From a bacterium GBS-1 (GTDB lineage: Bacteria > Synergistota > GBS-1), in the NCBI GenBank assembly GCA_001443005.1, contig LEKQ01000005.1, positions 64,809 to 128,808 of the forward strand: DNA of 64,000 bases, read 5' to 3'. The translations under genes were made by a program, and so were the position numbers. Position 1 is the first letter of the stretch. Each line of letters opens with the position of its first letter. Under the pieces are notes generated by a model. It had not been told where the DNA came from. It saw only the letters and a program-made list of their open reading frames with translations, and did not search any database. Below are positions 58,692 to 64,000 of the stretch, piece after piece.

Positions 58692-60758
58692 TTGGCAGAG
58701 ATAAGAGGAACTACGAGCTATCCTTGGTTAAAGCATAGCGATATCTTAGTTGCCATAGCTTTAGTTATGGCAGTCATACTTATGATAATTCCTGTTCCTA
58801 CAGCTTTACTTGACTTTCTCCTTGCCTTTAACATAACCTTCGCCATTTTGGTTCTACTTGCAACCTTTTACATAAGGCGCCCTTTAGATTTCTCCGTCTT
58901 CCCATCTTTGCTTCTTTTCACTACCCTGTTCAGATTAGGTTTGAACGTTTCAACGACGCGTTGGATTCTCCTTCAGGGGTATGCTGGAAGGATCATATTA
59001 GCCTTCGGCAACTTCGTTGTGGGAGGAAACTATGTAGTTGGAGCGGTTATATTTCTCATACTTTTCATTATTCAATTCATCGTCATAACGCGCGGTGCTG
59101 AAAGGGTTGCAGAAGTTGCAGCTCGCTTTACCCTCGATGCCATGCCTGGCAAGCAGATGAGCATAGATGCTGACCTTAACGCTGGGCTTATAGATGAGAA
59201 GGAAGCGAGAAGAAGAAGGGAGGAGATTCAGAGGGAGGCTGACTTTTATGGCGCTATGGATGGTGCTAGCAAGTTCGTGAAGGGAGATGCCATAGCTGGC
59301 GTTTTCATAACTTTGGTTAACATTATTGGAGGGCTTATAATCGGCGTTCTTCAGAGAGGGCTTCCCTTGGGCGAAGCTTTACGCACATATACGCTCTTGA
59401 CGGTCGGAGATGGACTTGTGGCTCAAATCCCCGCTTTGGTTATCTCCACTGCCACTGCTGTTATAGTCAGCAGAGCTGCTGCAGAGCATGATCTTGGAGT
59501 GGAGTTGCTGAAGCAGGTGACCTATCACCCTCGCCCCCTAATGATAGGAGCCTCTATTTTAGCCCTGTTTTCTGTGGTTCCAGGTCTTCCAACGATTCCC
59601 TTCTTAACCCTGGCCCTAATCGTGGGGAGCATGGCCTACATAATGAGAAGGGAGGCTAAGGTGGAAAGGGTTAGGAGAATAGAGGAGGAGAAGAAGAAAG
59701 AGGAAGAGGAGATAAGAAAGCCAGAAAGCGTCATCTCCCTTCTTCAAGTGGACCCAATGGAGATAGAGATAGGGTATTCTCTGATACCCCTTGTTGATCC
59801 TAAGCAGGGAGGAGATGTTTTGGATAGGATAACGATGATAAGAAGACAGATAGCCTTGGAGCTTGGCCTGGTGGTTCCACCCATAAGGATCAGGGATAAT
59901 ATGCAGCTTAAGCCGAGCGAGTACGTTATAAAGATAAGGGGGGTTGAAGTTGGAAGAGGGGAGCTTATGGTGGACTACTATCTCGCTATGAATCCCGGGA
60001 CAGCTAAGGAGAAGATAGAAGGTATAGAGACGAGAGAACCCGCTTTCGGTTTACCTGCTATATGGATACCGCCTGAGTTGAGGGAGAGGGCTGAGTGGCT
60101 CGGCTACACCGTGGTTGATCCGCCGGCGGTGCTTGCCACCCATCTTACGGAAGTGATAAAGAGGCATGCTTCTGAGCTTTTAACGCGCCAAGAGGTCCAA
60201 GGGTTAATAGATCTCGTTAAGGGGCAGCATCCTGCGCTTATAGAGGAGCTTATGCGGGTAATGAGCCTTGGTGAGATTCAGAAGGTCCTTCAGGGACTTC
60301 TTAAGGAGGGCGTTCCCATAAGGGATTTGGTTACCATATTTGAGACGCTTGCCGATTATGGTAGACTCACTAAAGATATCGATATCTTAATAGAGTACGT
60401 TAGGCAGGCTTTAGCTCGGCAGATATCCAAGATGTATCAGACGCCTGAGGGCTTTATCCCTGTTGTGACTTTATCTCCTGATCTTGAGGAGCTGCTTAAA
60501 TCTTCAGTTCAGCGGACGGAAACCAGCGTTACGATAGTCCTTGACCCTAAGAAAATTAGGGAGATAGTTGAGAAGGTGGCTAGGGAGATAGAGAAGCTTG
60601 CGTCCTTTGGATATCAACCTGTGATACTCTGTCACCCCTCCGTTAGACCTTATGTGCGTAAAATATTGGAGGGAGTATTGCCTCAGGTTGCTGTTATTTC
60701 CTATAATGAAATTGCTTCGGGTGTGGAGGTTAGGTCCTTAGGGATGGTGAGCTTGTAA
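58692..60758 (+). CDS. flhA: Flagellar export protein
   Basis: RVAEVAARFTLDAMPGKQMSIDADL, FYGAMDGASKFVKGD. Confidence 0.96.
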   Translation: MAEIRGTTSYPWLKHSDILVAIALVMAVILMIIPVPTALLDFLLAFNITFAILVLLATFYIRRPLDFSVFPSLLLFTTLFRLGLNVSTTRWILLQGYAGRIILAFGNFVVGGNYVVGAVIFLILFIIQFIVITRGAERVAEVAARFTLDAMPGKQMSIDADLNAGLIDEKEARRRREEIQREADFYGAMDGASKFVKGDAIAGVFITLVNIIGGLIIGVLQRGLPLGEALRTYTLLTVGDGLVAQIPALVISTATAVIVSRAAAEHDLGVELLKQVTYHPRPLMIGASILALFSVVPGLPTIPFLTLALIVGSMAYIMRREAKVERVRRIEEEKKKEEEEIRKPESVISLLQVDPMEIEIGYSLIPLVDPKQGGDVLDRITMIRRQIALELGLVVPPIRIRDNMQLKPSEYVIKIRGVEVGRGELMVDYYLAMNPGTAKEKIEGIETREPAFGLPAIWIPPELRERAEWLGYTVVDPPAVLATHLTEVIKRHASELLTRQEVQGLIDLVKGQHPALIEELMRVMSLGEIQKVLQGLLKEGVPIRDLVTIFETLADYGRLTKDIDILIEYVRQALARQISKMYQTPEGFIPVVTLSPDLEELLKSSVQRTETSVTIVLDPKKIREIVEKVAREIEKLASFGYQPVILCHPSVRPYVRKILEGVLPQVAVISYNEIASGVEVRSLGMVSL

Positions 60759-60759
60759 A

Positions 60760-61965
60760 TTGAAGGTGATAAAGAAAAGGGCCTTCGTTGCCGAAAGTGA
60801 AGCGGAGGCCATAAAGAAGGCGAAGGAGGAACTGGGAAGTGATATAGTGATTCTTGAGACCAGGCGTTTCAAGAAAGGGGGCTTTCTCGGTCTATTCGCT
60901 AAGAAATATGTTGAGGTTATAGTAGGGATTCCGGAGAAGAAAGAGAACGACGTTAAGTTGGAGATCCTAACCAAGCTTCTTTCAGAGAAGAGATCGGTAC
61001 AAGCCCAGCCTTCGCTTGAGGAGAGGAAGAGGGAGCTCTCTCAAAGTGATAGGATAGATGCCCTGGAGAGGGATATAAGGGAGGTAAAGGAGCTCATAGG
61101 GGCTTTTTTAGACAGGATAGGACAGATCGAGCTTTTAGATAGGGAGGAGAAGAGGTTTGGAGAAAGGGGGAGGCTTTATAGCTTTCTTCTGGAGCAGGAG
61201 ATAAAAGAGGGTTATGCGGATGATATATTAAGGGCTTTGGCGGATAGGGGGGTATCTTCCAAGGGGCTTTCCTGGAAGGACCTCAGGAAGGAGACCGCTA
61301 AGGTTATATCTGAGTTCATAAGGGTTTCTCCGATAAAGTTGAAGGATGTTGGGACTCAGGTGGTAGCCTTCGTTGGACCAACGGGCGTTGGGAAAACGAC
61401 GACCATAGCTAAGCTCGCGGCTATATTTGCTCTCTTTGAGGAGAGGAAGGTAGCCTTGGTTACTGCAGATACCTATAGGATAGCTGCAGTTGAGCAGCTT
61501 AAGACTTACGCTAAGATAATAGGAATTCCAATAGAGGTTGTTTTTACCCCTCAAGAGATAAGGAGAGCTATAGAAAGGCATCTTGATGCCGAGCTTATAC
61601 TCATAGATACTGCTGGCAGGAGTCACTATGATAATATGAAGATGTCTGAGCTCAAATCTTACATTGAGTCGAGCTCTCCCGATGAGGTTCACATAGTCCT
61701 GAGCCTTAACACCAAGTATAGAGATCTGGAGGAGATAATCAAGAGATTCGGGTGTATTCCCCTTCACAAGATGGTTTTGACTAAACTTGATGAAACCGCA
61801 ACCTTTGGTAATATACTAAATTTAGCGAGGGATTTTTCCATTCCCATATCTTACGTTACTAATGGTCAGGATGTGCCTAAGGATATAGAGGTGGCTGATC
61901 CTTCAAAGCTGGCAGAGGTAATTTTGAGACTAAGGGGTTGTAAGGGGGAGGTTATTGAGGGTTGA
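60760..61965 (+). CDS. flhF: Flagellar SRP-like GTPase
   Basis: [43 protein letters not shown]. Confidence 0.94.
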   Translation: MKVIKKRAFVAESEAEAIKKAKEELGSDIVILETRRFKKGGFLGLFAKKYVEVIVGIPEKKENDVKLEILTKLLSEKRSVQAQPSLEERKRELSQSDRIDALERDIREVKELIGAFLDRIGQIELLDREEKRFGERGRLYSFLLEQEIKEGYADDILRALADRGVSSKGLSWKDLRKETAKVISEFIRVSPIKLKDVGTQVVAFVGPTGVGKTTTIAKLAAIFALFEERKVALVTADTYRIAAVEQLKTYAKIIGIPIEVVFTPQEIRRAIERHLDAELILIDTAGRSHYDNMKMSELKSYIESSSPDEVHIVLSLNTKYRDLEEIIKRFGCIPLHKMVLTKLDETATFGNILNLARDFSIPISYVTNGQDVPKDIEVADPSKLAEVILRLRGCKGEVIEG

Positions 61966-62861
61966 TAAGAGATCAGGCAGAGGGGTTAAGGGAGCTGGTT
62001 AAAAGAAGCAAGGATTTTGCAGCTAAGGCTCGACCTGCCCGACTTGCGAGGATAATCTCCGTTACCAGTGGTAAGGGAGGGGTGGGTAAGACCAACGTCG
62101 TCGTTAACTTGGGCATAGGTTTGGCTAGAAGGGGAAGCAGGGTGTTGGTGATAGATGCGGATCTTGGGTTGGCGAACGTTGATATAGTTCTCGGCTTAAC
62201 CTCGCGCTATAACCTATATCACGTCATAAAGGGAGAGAAGAAGCTTCAAGAGATCATAGTGGATGGTCCAGAGGGGTTGAAGGTTATCGCTGGTGGTGCC
62301 GGAATAAGGGAGCTTGCTAACTTATCTAACTCTCAAAGAGTGCAGTTTATAGCCAGCATGAGCGAGCTTGATGATTATGCTGACATAATTCTCATAGATA
62401 CTAGCGCGGGCATATCTCAGAACGTTCTGGGGTTTGTTCTGGCTTCAGATGAGGCTATAGTGGTTACTACCCCTGAGCCTACGGCTATAAGGGATGCTTA
62501 TGGGATAATCAAGGCGATAGCTTTGGAAAACAAGGATGCTAAGATAAGGCTCATAGTTAACATGGCTGCAAACCCCCAGGAGGCTGAGGATGTCGCTTCC
62601 AGGATAGAGATGGTGGCAAGGCAGTTTCTCGATATAGGCTTAGATAAGCTGGGTTATATACTAAGAGATCCAGCTGTTCCGGAATCGGTCTTAAAGCAGA
62701 AGCCCTTTATGGTTGCCTATCCTACATCTAAGGCTTCTAAGTGTGTGGAGGTCATAGCTGATAGGCTCTTAGGTCTTAGTGAGGAGGATACCTTTAAACC
62801 TAAGGGCTTTAAGGGTTTTATATTTAAGTTTGTGAGTCTCTTTAAAAAGGGGGTAGCCTAA
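61962..62861 (+). CDS. flhG: MinD-like flagellar number regulator
   Basis: DQAEGLR, SGKGGVGKT, DADLGLAN, TPEPTAIRDAY. Confidence 0.93.
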   Translation: MIRDQAEGLRELVKRSKDFAAKARPARLARIISVTSGKGGVGKTNVVVNLGIGLARRGSRVLVIDADLGLANVDIVLGLTSRYNLYHVIKGEKKLQEIIVDGPEGLKVIAGGAGIRELANLSNSQRVQFIASMSELDDYADIILIDTSAGISQNVLGFVLASDEAIVVTTPEPTAIRDAYGIIKAIALENKDAKIRLIVNMAANPQEAEDVASRIEMVARQFLDIGLDKLGYILRDPAVPESVLKQKPFMVAYPTSKASKCVEVIADRLLGLSEEDTFKPKGFKGFIFKFVSLFKKGVA

Positions 62862-62882
62862 ATCTTTCCTCCTTCCTTAAAG

Positions 62883-63506
62883 GTGAAGGTAGGGTCAAGA
62901 ATCTATTTTGAGATAGAGGGGGGGAGCTTTAGCGGGACCTTTCCCACGAGGATAGAAGATATAGATGAAAGTAAGGGGTTTTTAGCCGTGGCTCATCCTT
63001 TGTACAAGGGCGTTTTGGTCCCTATAAGAGGGGAGAGGTATTACATATGGATCACTACGGTTAGGGGGATATATAGATATCCTGTGGAGATATTGGGGGC
63101 AAAAGAGGATAAGGTAAGTTTACTTCTTCTTAAGATTATCGGTGGAGGAGAGCATCTTCAGCGCAGGCGATTCGTCAGAATGCCTATTAACCTTCCATTT
63201 ACTTATAGGTTGAAGGGGAAAGTTGGCCCCCCTAAGAAAGGGTATACGAAAGACTTGAGCGCTGGTGGGATTAAGGCGGTTTTCGAGGAGCCCCTTTTAG
63301 TTGGGCAGAGGGTCCTCGTAAGGATAGATCTGGAAGATGATCTTGGTCCTATGATTGTAGAGGGTAGGATCGTTAGGGTTGACGCTAGGGAGGGTGTTAT
63401 AGAGCACGGCGTGGAGTTTTTAAACCTTAGTGAAAGAGCCATAAGGAGGATAATGAGATTCATCTTTAAGAAGGAGAGGGAGCTCAGGGAAAAGGGGCTA
63501 ATATGA
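62883..63506 (+). CDS. YcgR-like PilZ domain flagellar brake protein
   Basis: QRRRFVR and DLSAGG c-di-GMP-binding motifs. Confidence 0.88.
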   Translation: MKVGSRIYFEIEGGSFSGTFPTRIEDIDESKGFLAVAHPLYKGVLVPIRGERYYIWITTVRGIYRYPVEILGAKEDKVSLLLLKIIGGGEHLQRRRFVRMPINLPFTYRLKGKVGPPKKGYTKDLSAGGIKAVFEEPLLVGQRVLVRIDLEDDLGPMIVEGRIVRVDAREGVIEHGVEFLNLSERAIRRIMRFIFKKERELREKGLI

Positions 63507-64000
63507 GTGAGCCTTTGTATGAGGGAGCTCGTATCGATTTGGAGCTCGAGGAGGGAAGATGGTATAGAGGTAGGGTTTTGAGGCCGACGCTTGATGGCAA
63601 TCTTATAGTTGTATTTGAGAGGGGTACGGATCTTCCTGAGATTCCTCTGGGGAAGAGGGTTAATGCTCTGTGGGTAAAGAGGGAAAAGCTGTTTGGAGGG
63701 GAGGTTGAGGTTAGAGGGAAGGGTGGAAAATTCGCGCCGTTCGTGGAGATTACCTCTCCCTTTGACCTTAAGCCCCTTGAGAGGAGGAGGCATAAAAGGG
63801 TAAAAGTTATGGTTCCGATAGAGTATAGAAAAGTTGACGGTGGGCTCTTTAAGGCCACGCGATCTCTGGATATAAGTGGAGGTGGTGTAAAGTTAATCGT
63901 GGATGAGGATTTAGCGGTCGGTGATGAGCTTGAGCTGCTTGTATACCTTCCTGAGAGCGACGTTATATCCGCTCTCGGTAGGGTGGTTAGGGTGGAGACC
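63503..64000 (+). CDS. Second PilZ-domain protein (runs off window end)
   Basis: My translation MSEPLYEGARIDLELEEGRWYRG...ERRRHKRVKV...SLDISGGGVKL...GRVVRVET; ATGA overlap with the previous gene; not in the ORF track. Confidence 0.85.
   Translation, partial: MSEPLYEGARIDLELEEGRWYRGRVLRPTLDGNLIVVFERGTDLPEIPLGKRVNALWVKREKLFGGEVEVRGKGGKFAPFVEITSPFDLKPLERRRHKRVKVMVPIEYRKVDGGLFKATRSLDISGGGVKLIVDEDLAVGDELELLVYLPESDVISALGRVVRVET

Noticed and set aside
63203..63858. Two minus-strand ORFs (196 and 124 aa)
   Set aside because: Shadows of the two + strand PilZ genes
1..64000. Frequent CTTAAG, AAGCTT and GAGCT words as a dispersed repeat or uptake signal
   Set aside because: Explained by preferred codon pairs (CTT-AAG, AAG-CTT, GAG-CTT); not counted, would need a codon-shuffled null to test
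1..64000. CRISPR array, tRNA, rRNA, transposase or defence system
   Set aside because: No regularly spaced repeats, cloverleaf motifs or such ORFs seen; intergenic gaps are mostly too short

Overview
Very gene-dense, thermophile-like bacterial chromosomal window (purine-rich sense strands, Glu/Lys-rich proteins, many TTG/GTG starts, frequent gene overlaps). Three blocks. (1) 1-22.8 kb, accessory and metabolic: the end of a DUF2922 / peptidase M15A / YvrJ small-gene cassette, a TAXI-TRAP transporter plus FAD oxidoreductase, a xpt-lipB-dctQMP-lipA region, glycerate kinase, an orphan pstS, a chrA pair, livKHMGF, a Ser/Thr dehydratase, purKE and cysEK. (2) 22.9-39.6 kb, conserved Firmicutes-style housekeeping run: ylxM-ffh-rpsP-khpA-rimM-trmD(fused to a second SPOUT domain)-rplS-lepB-rbgA-rnhB-FliK-like-ylqH-HD-GYP-yraN-comM-dprA-smg-trmFO-xerC-hslVU-codY, with topA missing. 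(3) 39.6-64 kb, a large fla/che-type flagellar operon from flgB to flhG plus two PilZ genes. The gene set suggests a Synergistota-like thermophile (inference only). I saw no rRNA, tRNA, CRISPR array or intact mobile element. Most interesting: a possible holin/endolysin-like DUF2922-M15-YvrJ cassette with an ORF missed by the ORF track, a TRAP transporter between lipB and lipA, two symmetric bidirectional promoters, RBS-sequestering hairpins before flgB and flgE, a Prp-like cleavage motif on FlhB, and a predicted double-knotted TrmD fusion. All family calls come from motif recognition by eye, not database searches.
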